Shown piece by piece: positions 25,341-34,254 of a stretch of 46,636 nt of DNA. The first letter of the stretch is position 1, and each line of letters starts with the position of its first letter. The position numbers and the translations under genes are program-made. The notes under the pieces are model-generated. The model ran no database searches and was not told where the DNA came from. It saw only the letters and a list, made by a program, of their open reading frames with translations. Location of the stretch: assembly GCA_009698745.1 (NCBI GenBank), contig WLPO01000001.1, forward strand, positions 1 to 46,636, written 5' to 3'. The DNA is from Actinomycetota bacterium. GTDB lineage: Bacteria; Actinomycetota; Acidimicrobiia; Acidimicrobiales; Ilumatobacteraceae.

Positions 25341-27104
25341 GTGTCGCATACCGAAACTGCTGTGCAGTCACCTTCGAAGAGCAGATTGCGTGTTGGATAC
25401 GGCCTTGTTCGCGATTTATTGAAGATTCACCCAAAAATATTTGCAATCGCAGTTGCGGGCGCCTCGGTTTATGCAGTTTGTACTGTTGCTTCGAGTTTTG
25501 GCGTTGCATATTTGGTTGATCACGTTATTTTGCCTCGATTCGAAACAGGCAAAATTGACGCCGGTGTTTATTTGGTTGGTGCAGCAATTGTGATTTGCAT
25601 TGGATTGTTGAGAGCCTTTGGTGTTGTTATTCGGCGGAGTTTCGCTGGCATCAGCAATTGGAGAACGGTCGAGTCAATTTCTATGCAGCTCGTGCGACAC
25701 ATCATGAGTCAACCGCTTTTCTGGCATAAAAGGAAAATGACAGGGGACTTGGTAGCACGTGTAGGTGTCGATTCCGATGCGGCCGCCGAAGTATTGGGTC
25801 CTTTGCCTTTCAGCACATCTGTTGTATTGCTGGTGTTTCTGACAGGCGGATGGCTTCTCATCGTCGATGTCCCACTTGGTCTTGTTGCCATTTCTGTAAT
25901 TCCTATTCTGCTCGTTCTTAATGTTGGTTATCAGCGAAGGATCGACAAGCATTACGACACTGCTCAGCACGAGCTGGGTTCATTGTCATCGGCAGTGCAC
26001 GAAAGCTTTGACGGGGTAATGGTCGTCAAGGCGTTTGGTGCAGAAGATCGCGAGACGCGTCGACTGTCTGTCATTTCAACTCGATTAAAGGAAGCAAGAA
26101 TTCGAGCTGTATCGGCTAGATCTACTTTTGAAGCGTTATTGGATGGTGTGCCTTCGCTCGTGAATATTTTGCTTCTGGTCGTCGGAGCAATGCGGGTTGA
26201 TTCAAACAGTATGTCTGTAGGGGAATTGACAAGCTTTATCTATCTGTTCACATTATTGATATTTCCGCTACGAATCATCGGCTATGTGTTGAGTTCGGTT
26301 CCACATTCGGCAAGCGGATACAAACGTGTTCGCGAAATCTTGGATGAATCTGTAGAACTTGATCCACAAACCTTGATTTTGGAGAGCAGCGCCAATTGTG
26401 GTGTTCGGCTTGAGGGTGTGAGTTTTGGATTTGGCAAAGACTTGCCAGATGTATTGAACGATGTCACTTTTGAGATTGCTGTCGGCAAAACAGTGGTCAT
26501 CGTTGGTGCTACAGGTTCCGGCAAATCAACTTTGCTGAGCGTTATGGCTGGACTCCTGCAGCCAAACCATGGGAATGTGTGGATTGCGAATCGCAGCGCG
26601 GCGATTGTGTTTCAAGAGCCTTTTTTGTTTTCGGGAACCATTAGACACAACATTGACATGGGTCGCGCTCTCTCGGACAGCGTGATGCATGATTCGCTCT
26701 ACCTCGCGGCTGCAGATGAATTTGTGAGCGCACTGGATGATGGTGTCAACACTGTTATTGGTGAACGGGGTATCAGTCTGAGTGGGGGTCAGAGACAGAG
26801 AATTTCTTTGGCTCGTGCAATTGCTCAGCAATCTTCGGTTTTGTTGTTGGACGACACAACTTCGGCTTTGGACACCGTGACTGAATCGCTTGTGATCGAC
26901 AGACTGCGTCACTCAAAGAACATCGTCACGACAATTATCGTTGCGTCAAGACCTTCAACGATTGCTCTTGCCGACGAAGTGATCTTTATTGAAAATGGTC
27001 AAGTGAGTGATCAAGGGATTCACGCGAACTTGATGGTTCGTAACGAAAATTATCGACTGCTCATGCAATCCTTTGAGCACGATCGAGAACAAGGCGGGTT
27101 ATGA
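25341..27104 (+). CDS. ABC exporter half-transporter (TMD-NBD) with degenerate catalytic motifs
   Basis: Six-TM exporter domain followed by an NBD: Walker A GATGSGKST and signature LSGGQRQR. Walker B is LLLDDT (Asp replaces the catalytic Glu) and the H-loop is VASRPST (Ser replaces His). Confidence 0.9.
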   Translation: MSHTETAVQSPSKSRLRVGYGLVRDLLKIHPKIFAIAVAGASVYAVCTVASSFGVAYLVDHVILPRFETGKIDAGVYLVGAAIVICIGLLRAFGVVIRRSFAGISNWRTVESISMQLVRHIMSQPLFWHKRKMTGDLVARVGVDSDAAAEVLGPLPFSTSVVLLVFLTGGWLLIVDVPLGLVAISVIPILLVLNVGYQRRIDKHYDTAQHELGSLSSAVHESFDGVMVVKAFGAEDRETRRLSVISTRLKEARIRAVSARSTFEALLDGVPSLVNILLLVVGAMRVDSNSMSVGELTSFIYLFTLLIFPLRIIGYVLSSVPHSASGYKRVREILDESVELDPQTLILESSANCGVRLEGVSFGFGKDLPDVLNDVTFEIAVGKTVVIVGATGSGKSTLLSVMAGLLQPNHGNVWIANRSAAIVFQEPFLFSGTIRHNIDMGRALSDSVMHDSLYLAAADEFVSALDDGVNTVIGERGISLSGGQRQRISLARAIAQQSSVLLLDDTTSALDTVTESLVIDRLRHSKNIVTTIIVASRPSTIALADEVIFIENGQVSDQGIHANLMVRNENYRLLMQSFEHDREQGGL

Positions 27105-28900
27105 ACGAACCAGTGAGCAGGTTTGGTTCGGCTCGAACTATCGGTAGGGGTATGCGGGTAGCGCCGGCGCTTTCCAACGGCATAGCGCTTACGTTTCTCT
27201 TCGCTTTTATCGGCACCGGTGCGCGTCTCGTTATTCCCATTTTGATCCAGCAGAGTATTGACCACGGCCTACAACCTGGAAATATACGAGTCTCATATAT
27301 AGCGGTATTGGGTTTGATCGGATCCGGATTTGTACTTGTCTCGTCACTATCACTTCGTGTGGCGACTAAGAGACTTGGCACTCGAGCAGAAGAGGGCCTC
27401 TTCACTCTGCGCATCAAGCTGTTCGATCATATTCACCGCTTAAGTCTCGCCGACCATAACGATGAGAAAAGGGGAGCGCTTGTTTCTCGTGTTACAAGTG
27501 ACATCGAGACATTGACCATGTTTTTTTCCTGGGGTGGATTGTCATTGTTGCTTGACGGCTCACAAATGATTGCCGTTGCAAGTGTGATGCTTGCTTACGA
27601 CTGGCGATTGGCGCTCGTAGCTTTCGCTGTTTCGGCTCCACTCGTGCTGGTGCTTCGGCTCGTGCAATCTCGATTGGTGTATGCGCACAATATTTCTCGT
27701 GAGCGCAACGCCCAATTGTTGGGTGTGTTTAGCGAAATGGTGTCAGGCGCAGAGACATTGCATGCGTACAAAGCAACAGATTTGATGATTACTTCCGTCG
27801 CGAAAGACGTTCGCAATAGGGGAGACAGCAATATTCGAGCAGGAATCATCGGTGCTTTTCTCTTCCCATCTGGAGAGGTATTCGCGGTGTTTACCGTGAT
27901 GGCTGTAGTTGGTGCGGGTTTGCTTATTGGGCCAGCTGGTGGTTTGACTGCCGGAGCGCTAGTTGGTTTTGTCTTTCTGACTTACCGATTCTTGGAGCCC
28001 ATTGCCGAGTTCACGGAAGTCATTGATCAGACTCAAAGTGCGGTTGCCAGTTTGCGCAGGGTACTTGGGGTACTGGATACGCCGATTGGCCCGCCTCAAC
28101 CAAGTCATCCGATTGCGCTTCCAGCTGGTGTACTTTCGATTGATTTTGTTGATGTGAGTTTTGCCTACGGTTCGCGCTTAGACGAAGTCGATGACGACAC
28201 TCCCGTTTTGAATTCGATCAACCTCCACATTCCTGGTGGACAACACATTGCACTTGTTGGTCCGTCCGGTTCAGGCAAAACAACAGTCGCTCGGTTGATC
28301 GCGCGCCTTGCCGATCCAACTGTTGGATCAGTGATGCTGGGTGGTGTTGCACTGCATCGCGTTGATAATTCTGATTTGAGGCGACGTCTGATAGTCGTAC
28401 CGCAAGAGCCGTTTCTGTTTGCTGACACCATCGCCTACAACCTTCGTTTTGCTGCACCAGACGCGACCGACAACGAATTGACGAATGTGTTTTCGGATCT
28501 GGAGATTGAAGACTGGCTGGAGTCCCTTCCACACGGTATTAACACCAACGTTGGCCAACGAGGCGGTTCGCTCTCCGCCGGTGAGCGGCAACTCATTGCG
28601 CTTGTGAGAGCAGCCGTAGTACGGCCCGATGTACTGATACTTGACGAAGCAACTTCTTCTGTTGATGCGCTCACCGAGGTTCGCATTTCCAAGGCATTGA
28701 GCAAGCTAGCTCAGGGCAGAACAACAGTTTCGATTGCGCACAGGCTTTCTACAGCGGCGCGCGCAGAACGCGTAGTTCTGCTCGAGCAAGGACGAATTGT
28801 CGAAGATGGATCACATGAGCAATTGCTCGCATTGAAGGGACAGTACGCCAAGCAGTATGAGACATGGGTGACAAGCACCCAAAGTAATCTTGGGTCGTGA
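27101..28900 (+). CDS. ABC exporter half-transporter (TMD-NBD), canonical catalytic site, deviant signature
   Basis: Walker A GPSGSGKTT, Walker B LILDEAT and H-loop IAHRLST are canonical. The signature motif is LSAGERQ. ATGA overlap with the upstream partner. Confidence 0.9.
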   Translation: MNEPVSRFGSARTIGRGMRVAPALSNGIALTFLFAFIGTGARLVIPILIQQSIDHGLQPGNIRVSYIAVLGLIGSGFVLVSSLSLRVATKRLGTRAEEGLFTLRIKLFDHIHRLSLADHNDEKRGALVSRVTSDIETLTMFFSWGGLSLLLDGSQMIAVASVMLAYDWRLALVAFAVSAPLVLVLRLVQSRLVYAHNISRERNAQLLGVFSEMVSGAETLHAYKATDLMITSVAKDVRNRGDSNIRAGIIGAFLFPSGEVFAVFTVMAVVGAGLLIGPAGGLTAGALVGFVFLTYRFLEPIAEFTEVIDQTQSAVASLRRVLGVLDTPIGPPQPSHPIALPAGVLSIDFVDVSFAYGSRLDEVDDDTPVLNSINLHIPGGQHIALVGPSGSGKTTVARLIARLADPTVGSVMLGGVALHRVDNSDLRRRLIVVPQEPFLFADTIAYNLRFAAPDATDNELTNVFSDLEIEDWLESLPHGINTNVGQRGGSLSAGERQLIALVRAAVVRPDVLILDEATSSVDALTEVRISKALSKLAQGRTTVSIAHRLSTAARAERVVLLEQGRIVEDGSHEQLLALKGQYAKQYETWVTSTQSNLGS

Positions 28901-29649
28901 TGTCGATACGAGTCTCCAAACTTGCAACGGTTGCATCGGTTTTGTTTGCGTTGTCAGGTTGCACACAATCTGGTGAGACTTCAGCAGTATGTAGTCGAGC
29001 TCCGGAACTGGAAAGTTCGATAGTGGCTGTCGATTCCGCTGTTTCATCGATGGCGGATGTTTCTGCACGCCAGTTACAAAGCATGTTTGCGGTATTGCTG
29101 ACATCTTTGGTATCGATAGGTGACGTCGCGCCACCAGAGCTAGTTGATCAGTTTGCCCAGGTTGAGCGTTCATATCATGCCGTATCTATAGCACTACAAA
29201 ATGTGTACTGGGAAGGTTCGGTGGGTGTGAGTGACGCTGCAGTTCTCGCTTCAATTGAGGATCTTTCTCGAAACGACAATGTTGAAGCCATCAGTGCTGT
29301 GCGAACGTTCATAGCGGATTCATGCAAAGTTGAAATTGGCAGTGGATTAAACCGAGCCCCTGGCGAGGAGATAAATCTTCCTAGTCCATCGGTTGATGTA
29401 GAACCGCAGCCAGATTTAAATACTGGATTCGTCAATGAAGAAAGTGCTCTTCGATCGTATGCGTATTTCGTTGCTGAACGATTTGGCCTTGCACTCACGC
29501 CAGAGCAGGCGTTGTGCATAGGAACACTGTTAACAGATGATGCACTCAAGCGAGGTTCATTATCCGACCAGCAATTTGACGAGTTGGTTGATACATCGTT
29601 TACGCAGTGCAAAGTTGACAGAACTGTTGCAACCACGATTGCGGACTAA
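28897..29649 (+). CDS. Lipoprotein of unknown function
   Basis: Lipobox LFALSGC after a signal peptide. GTGA overlap with the upstream ABC gene. No recognisable domain. Confidence 0.7.
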   Translation: MMSIRVSKLATVASVLFALSGCTQSGETSAVCSRAPELESSIVAVDSAVSSMADVSARQLQSMFAVLLTSLVSIGDVAPPELVDQFAQVERSYHAVSIALQNVYWEGSVGVSDAAVLASIEDLSRNDNVEAISAVRTFIADSCKVEIGSGLNRAPGEEINLPSPSVDVEPQPDLNTGFVNEESALRSYAYFVAERFGLALTPEQALCIGTLLTDDALKRGSLSDQQFDELVDTSFTQCKVDRTVATTIAD

Positions 29650-29656
29650 TTCAAAC

Positions 29657-29662
29657 TAGATT
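29657..29662 (+). promoter_or_regulatory. Candidate -10 box (TAGATT) 6 nt upstream of the ATG at 29669 (leaderless-type)
   Basis: TAGATTgtctgcATG, with no SD. Confidence 0.45.
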
Positions 29663-29668
29663 GTCTGC

Positions 29669-30346
29669 ATGGAGTTTGTACTGATTCGACATGCCCAGCC
29701 CGAGTGGGTGAAAGACGGTCGAAGTATCGTAAATCCACCACTGTCCGAGTTGGGTTTTCGTCAAGCCGATATTCTCGGAGAACGACTGAAGGATGATCAA
29801 TTTGATCACGTGTTTGTCAGTCCGCTCCTTCGGGCTTGTCAGACAGCAGCACCATTCCTCAAACATCATGCTCGCCCTCATGTCATCGAGCCTTGGCTTG
29901 AGGAGATCCGCGAGCCTGCTTGGCATGGTCAACCTGCGGAAGTAACGGTGAAGGCTTACAACGACGATGCAAAATCTAATGCTCTAGATCGTTGGTCAGG
30001 CTTGACGGGCGGTGAGCCAGTGAGCGAATTTGTGCATCGCATCAGGAAGGGCTGTGATGAATTCCTTGCGCGACATGGCGTTCGTCGTCAAGATTCGCTA
30101 TTACCTGTCTGGGATATCGATGATCCAGGAACAAGCTTTGTATTTGTTGCGCACGCTGGCACGAATAGTGTCATCATCTGTCATCTGCTCGGTCTCGAGC
30201 CAACTCCCTGGGAGTGGGAGAGATTTGTGATCGGTCACGCATCAATCACCACGATTAAGGCGATCAGACTAGGTGATGGTTACACCTTCAGCCTTCGGAA
30301 TCTCAGCGATCTTGAACATCTCGCAATGACCGATCGCACTCGATAG
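29669..30346 (+). CDS. Histidine phosphatase family protein (phosphoglycerate mutase-like)
   Basis: N-terminal LIRHAQPEW (RHG-type catalytic motif), SPLLRACQTA, and a downstream AHAGT His motif. Confidence 0.85.
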   Translation: MEFVLIRHAQPEWVKDGRSIVNPPLSELGFRQADILGERLKDDQFDHVFVSPLLRACQTAAPFLKHHARPHVIEPWLEEIREPAWHGQPAEVTVKAYNDDAKSNALDRWSGLTGGEPVSEFVHRIRKGCDEFLARHGVRRQDSLLPVWDIDDPGTSFVFVAHAGTNSVIICHLLGLEPTPWEWERFVIGHASITTIKAIRLGDGYTFSLRNLSDLEHLAMTDRTR

Positions 30347-30361
30347 TTGTAAGACTTGTTT

Positions 30362-30403
30362 GGGTGAGACGATGATGGTTCTCACATCGTCACCGCCTCA
30401 CCC
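30362..30403. terminator. Extended stem-loop between convergent genes (probable factor-independent terminator without a U-tract)
   Basis: GGGTGAG-ACGATG ... CATCGT-(caccgc)-CTCACCC. The outer 7-bp and inner 6-bp stems were verified by eye. Confidence 0.5.
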
Positions 30404-30426
30404 TTCGAGACTGCCTGTCTTGATCG

Positions 30427-31785
30427 TTACGGCTGTGGGAGCACGTCCGTTACGTGGCAAGCATCGACTGCCTTGAGAATTGCGTATGGGTTTACTGCAG
30501 CTCCACCAAAAGGGTGAACTTCAAAGTGCAAGTGTGGTGTTTCTGTATTGCCAGTTGAACCGACATAACCGATGATCTGACCGGCTTTGACTGGTACACC
30601 TGCAGCCATGCCAGGAGCAAAGCTGTCGAGGTGTGCGTAGTAGAAGTACGTTCCATTTGGCAATTTGAGATAGATGGCATTTCCGCCATTACGACCACCA
30701 GTTGAAACTTTGCTGATTACACCGTCGTTTGTTGCGTACAGAGCAAGTCCGCGAGCGCCAATAACATCGGTGCCTTCATGTGAACGGCCCTCTGAGCGAG
30801 CTTGACCCCAAGTGTCGGTGAATCCACAGAGACCTTGCATTGGAAAAACTTGCAGCGTAGGAAGACCAAGCGACTCGAGGCTTGGGATCAAAGCAAGTGC
30901 AATTGCGGTATTGATATCAAGCACCTTGCTCTGGTTGAGACCACGTGCTGCTTGGAAATTGGTGATTGCAACTGTTGTAGCGACACCAAAAATTCCATCA
31001 GCGCCACCCTTAACAACAACTCCATTGGCAATGAGTGCGTTTTGTAGTGCACGTACCAATTCACCAGATTGTCCGCGGGCTGGAAGTGTTTCAAATGTCA
31101 TGGCAGTTGGAGCAGCAACAGGAGCAACAACTGCAGGAGCAACAACTGCAGCAGCTACTGGAGCAGCAACAGCTGGTGCGACGACGACTGTTTTTGCAAC
31201 AGCGGCAACAACTTGTTTTGGTGCCGTCAATATTCCGAGAGCAATTGCTGTTGCGTCATCAACAACTTTTGTTACCGGCAAACCCTTGGCCGACTGAAAC
31301 TTTCCGAGTGCGATCGTTGTGGCAAGACCGAACCTGCCATCGGCACCGCCCTTCACTGAAAAACCACTGTTGATGAGTGCTTGTTGTACCGACCAAACAG
31401 CATCTCCTGTGGAACCAACTGCAGGCAGTGTTGATGCACTGAGAGCCGAAACTTGCGCAAGTCCAAGGAACTTTGCGGTTTTGTCATCGAGGGTGCCTGT
31501 TGCTTTGAATCCAGCAACTTTTTGAAGTGACTTCAGTGCTGAACGAGTTGCCTTTGAGTATGCACCAGTTACACCGCCTTTTATGCTGAAGCCACGAGCC
31601 ACGATTGCTTCTTGCAAACGAACCACTTCTGGTCCGCTGTCACCAAACTGGGGAAGTTGTGCAACAGTTGCGGAGACAACTGGTGCGGCCGCAACGGTCG
31701 TGGTGCTGATGGTCGTTGCTGCGATACCGAATGTCGCTGACAATGCGCCGATTGCGATGACTTTGCGAAGAAGATTGCTGTTCAT
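30427..31785 (-). CDS. Secreted peptidoglycan hydrolase: three PG_binding_1 repeats, an Ala/Val/Pro linker and a C-terminal M23 (LytM) metallopeptidase domain
   Basis: Signal peptide followed by three copies of G(D/E)xVxxLQxAL...GGxDGxFGxxTxxAxxxFQ. M23 motifs HEGTDV and HLHFEVH. SD AAGGGAG. Confidence 0.9.
   Translation of the reverse strand: MNSNLLRKVIAIGALSATFGIAATTISTTTVAAAPVVSATVAQLPQFGDSGPEVVRLQEAIVARGFSIKGGVTGAYSKATRSALKSLQKVAGFKATGTLDDKTAKFLGLAQVSALSASTLPAVGSTGDAVWSVQQALINSGFSVKGGADGRFGLATTIALGKFQSAKGLPVTKVVDDATAIALGILTAPKQVVAAVAKTVVVAPAVAAPVAAAVVAPAVVAPVAAPTAMTFETLPARGQSGELVRALQNALIANGVVVKGGADGIFGVATTVAITNFQAARGLNQSKVLDINTAIALALIPSLESLGLPTLQVFPMQGLCGFTDTWGQARSEGRSHEGTDVIGARGLALYATNDGVISKVSTGGRNGGNAIYLKLPNGTYFYYAHLDSFAPGMAAGVPVKAGQIIGYVGSTGNTETPHLHFEVHPFGGAAVNPYAILKAVDACHVTDVLPQP
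31119..31148. repeat. Perfect 15-bp x2 in-frame tandem repeat inside the Ala/Val/Pro linker of the M23 protein
   Basis: caggagcaacaactg occurs twice in tandem, encoding AVVAP-AVVAP on the minus strand. Confidence 0.9.
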
Positions 31786-31974
31786 GATGTGCTCCCTTGA
31801 CTTGCTTGCGGTGTGAGTTCCGCATTAGGGATCGGTCAGAACAGGAGAAACTTGAGTAAAAAACCACAGAAAAAATTCAGATGACCACCAATAGTGGTCA
31901 AATAGGCTTAAAGTTGCTTGAAATTGCAATTTTGATCACCAGGAGTGGGCTGGAGCGCTTTCATCAGGATTGGG

Positions 31975-31980
31975 TAGTGT
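31975..31980 (+). promoter_or_regulatory. Candidate -10 box (TAGTGT) 7 nt upstream of the GTG at 31988
   Basis: TAGTGTgatttgaGTG, with no clear SD. Confidence 0.35.
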
Positions 31981-31987
31981 GATTTGA

Positions 31988-32869
31988 GTGTTGAAGAAGC
32001 AATTGTCTCCGAAGGCTTTTTTGACGATTTCTCAATGTGCGCTTGGGTTTCTTTGTGTCATTGTGGTGAGCGGATCCCTCGTGCGCCTGACGGGATCTGG
32101 ACTGGGTTGCCTGGACTGGCCAGGATGCAGCCAAACCAAATTTGTCGATGTTTCAACCGGCCATACCGCCATTGAGCAGATCAACAGACTCTTTACTGGG
32201 GTAGTAAGTGCTGCGGTAATTGCTGCAGTCTTTGGATCCTTTTTGGTATCGCCTCGTCGCAAATCACTGATTTGGCTTTCGACAGGGCTCGTACTAGGTG
32301 TGCTCGCACAGGTAGTGCTTGGGGCGATAGTCGTGCTGACAGGTCTCAACCCGTGGTCAAATATGGCCCACTTTTTAGTGAGCATGGCTCTGATTACAAC
32401 CGCCGTATTGCTTGTTGACCAAGTCAAACAAGGGAATCCAGATCAAAGGGCAGCCGCGCGACAGCTTTCACAACGTTCCAGGCAGCTTGTTCGATGGATC
32501 ATTGGATTGTGTGGAACAGCAATTGTGCTCGGCACGTTGGTGACTGGTGCCGGACCCCATGCGGGAGACGAAAATGCAGTGCGCTTTCATTTTCGGCTGA
32601 GTGCTATCACTCGAGCGCACAGTGTGACTGTTTTGTTGTGTGTTGGACTGACTCTGACCCTGTTCCTGCGTATTGAACGCAGGCGAGAAGAGTGGACGGC
32701 ACTCGGTCGACCCGTAGAAGTGTTCCTCGCTTCCGCCGTCGCTCAGGGATCCCTTGGGTATTTGCAGTACTTTTCTGGTGTGCCAGCCCAGTTGGTTGCC
32801 CTGCACATTGCATTGGCAATTGTGGTGTGGATTACGGTGCTGCGCCTCGGTTTAGCAACTCGGGAGTAA
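31988..32869 (+). CDS. ctaA: Heme A synthase (COX15/CtaA family)
   Basis: 293 aa, 8 TM. It has the conserved extracytoplasmic Cys pair GSGLGCLDWPGC and His residues in the TM helices (GPHAGD). Confidence 0.8.
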   Translation: MLKKQLSPKAFLTISQCALGFLCVIVVSGSLVRLTGSGLGCLDWPGCSQTKFVDVSTGHTAIEQINRLFTGVVSAAVIAAVFGSFLVSPRRKSLIWLSTGLVLGVLAQVVLGAIVVLTGLNPWSNMAHFLVSMALITTAVLLVDQVKQGNPDQRAAARQLSQRSRQLVRWIIGLCGTAIVLGTLVTGAGPHAGDENAVRFHFRLSAITRAHSVTVLLCVGLTLTLFLRIERRREEWTALGRPVEVFLASAVAQGSLGYLQYFSGVPAQLVALHIALAIVVWITVLRLGLATRE

Positions 32870-32928
32870 ATGCCATTTTGGGACGCCTTTGTGCTTGACT
32901 TGATTAACTTGAAGTAGGGAGTACTCGC

Positions 32929-34251
32929 GTGAAAAATGATGAGAAAGGCGGAAGGTCCTTGCGAATAATCCGGGCTTTCTCCGTTGTCATCGGATCCCTG
33001 CTGATATTTGGAGCTTCCGCACACAATGCCTCGGCTGATGACGGCTTGTCGATTGTTGCATCTGTCCAAAACCAGACTGTTCTGGACGGTGTGTCTCAAA
33101 AGCAACCTGTAGCGGGAGTGAGCATTACCGTAACTTCACCTGGGGGTTCCGTTATCGGTACTGGTGTTACTGATGCGACTGGAGTGATCGCGTTTCCGGT
33201 TGCCACACGCGACGACTATGTCGTGACGTTGGATATCGCAACATTACCCGATGGCTTCGCGATGATTGACGAAGTTAAGGCCGTAGCAATTATTCAGAAA
33301 GATGATTTCACGACGTCTATTAAACGAGCAACGTTTTTTACCGGTTCATCCAATACATCAAGCCAGACGTTGATCGACCGCATGATCCAGCGCGGTGCCG
33401 ATGGGTTGCGGCTCGGTCTAGTCATTGCGATGTGTGCGGTTGGTCTTTCGCTGATTTTTGGAACCACTGGACTTACAAACTTTGCGCATGGAGAGATGGT
33501 CACATTCGGTGGGCTTATGGCTTTTCTACTCAACGTCACGATGGGTATTCCACTGCTGATTTCGGCTCCAATCGTGGTGGTGTTGGGCGGTCTGTTTGGA
33601 CTTGCACTCAACGTATTTATTTTTGGCAAGTTACGTAGACGTGGTGTTGGACTTATTTCGCAGTTGGTTGTTTCGGTTGGCTTGTCGATTGTCTTGCGCA
33701 ATATGTATCTATATCAATTCGGTGGGCGTACAAAGCCTCTGAATGACTACAGCGCACAAACTGTCATGAGACTGGGTCCAACTTCAATTACTCCACGTGA
33801 TTTAACAACCGCAATTCTTTCGCTCCTTGTTTTGGTTGCTGTCGCACTTTTCATTCAGAAGTCTCGTACCGGCAAAGCCATTCGTGCTGTGTCAGACAAT
33901 CCAGCTTTGGCGTCATCAACTGGTATTGATACACAACGAATTATTCGCATCGTTTGGTTTGCGGGAGGCGCGCTGGCTGCTCTTGGCGGAATTTTTAGAG
34001 GTCTGGATGAGCAAGTTGGCTTTGAAATGGGCTCGCGTTTGGTGTTCTTGATGTTCGCTGCAATCACATTGGGCGGGCTCGGATCGGCATTTGGTGCTTT
34101 GGTTGGTGGAATCATGGTCGGTATTTTTGTGGAAATGGCTTCTCTCGTAGTTCCATCCGAGCTGAAGAACGCACCAGCGCTGCTTATTTTGATCATTGTT
34201 CTCGTAGTGCGTCCGCAAGGAATACTCGGCCGGAAGCAAAGGGTTGGTTGA
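32929..34251 (+). CDS. livH: Branched-chain amino acid ABC transporter permease (LivH-type) fused to an N-terminal signal peptide and a roughly 110-aa beta-sandwich-like domain
   Basis: The C-terminal ~290 aa match the LivH core (GLSLIFGTTGLTNFAHGE..., AVSDNPALASSTGI). The N-terminal 147 aa are extra. SD AGGGAG precedes the GTG. Confidence 0.85.
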   Translation: MKNDEKGGRSLRIIRAFSVVIGSLLIFGASAHNASADDGLSIVASVQNQTVLDGVSQKQPVAGVSITVTSPGGSVIGTGVTDATGVIAFPVATRDDYVVTLDIATLPDGFAMIDEVKAVAIIQKDDFTTSIKRATFFTGSSNTSSQTLIDRMIQRGADGLRLGLVIAMCAVGLSLIFGTTGLTNFAHGEMVTFGGLMAFLLNVTMGIPLLISAPIVVVLGGLFGLALNVFIFGKLRRRGVGLISQLVVSVGLSIVLRNMYLYQFGGRTKPLNDYSAQTVMRLGPTSITPRDLTTAILSLLVLVAVALFIQKSRTGKAIRAVSDNPALASSTGIDTQRIIRIVWFAGGALAALGGIFRGLDEQVGFEMGSRLVFLMFAAITLGGLGSAFGALVGGIMVGIFVEMASLVVPSELKNAPALLILIIVLVVRPQGILGRKQRVG

Positions 34252-34254
34252 TCC

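Noticed and set aside
31035-31373. Gln/Leu-rich plus-strand ORF (QQQEQQLQEQQLQQLL...)
   Set aside because: It is the reverse-complement reading of the Ala/Val/Pro linker and PG-binding repeats of the M23 protein, an artefact of low-complexity DNA.
31786-31987. Cyclic-di-AMP (ydaO-type) riboswitch upstream of the cell-wall hydrolase
   Set aside because: Actinobacterial wall hydrolases often carry one. I could not find the conserved ydaO sequence blocks or its pseudo-two-fold architecture on the minus strand. Only a short generic SD-masking helix is present.
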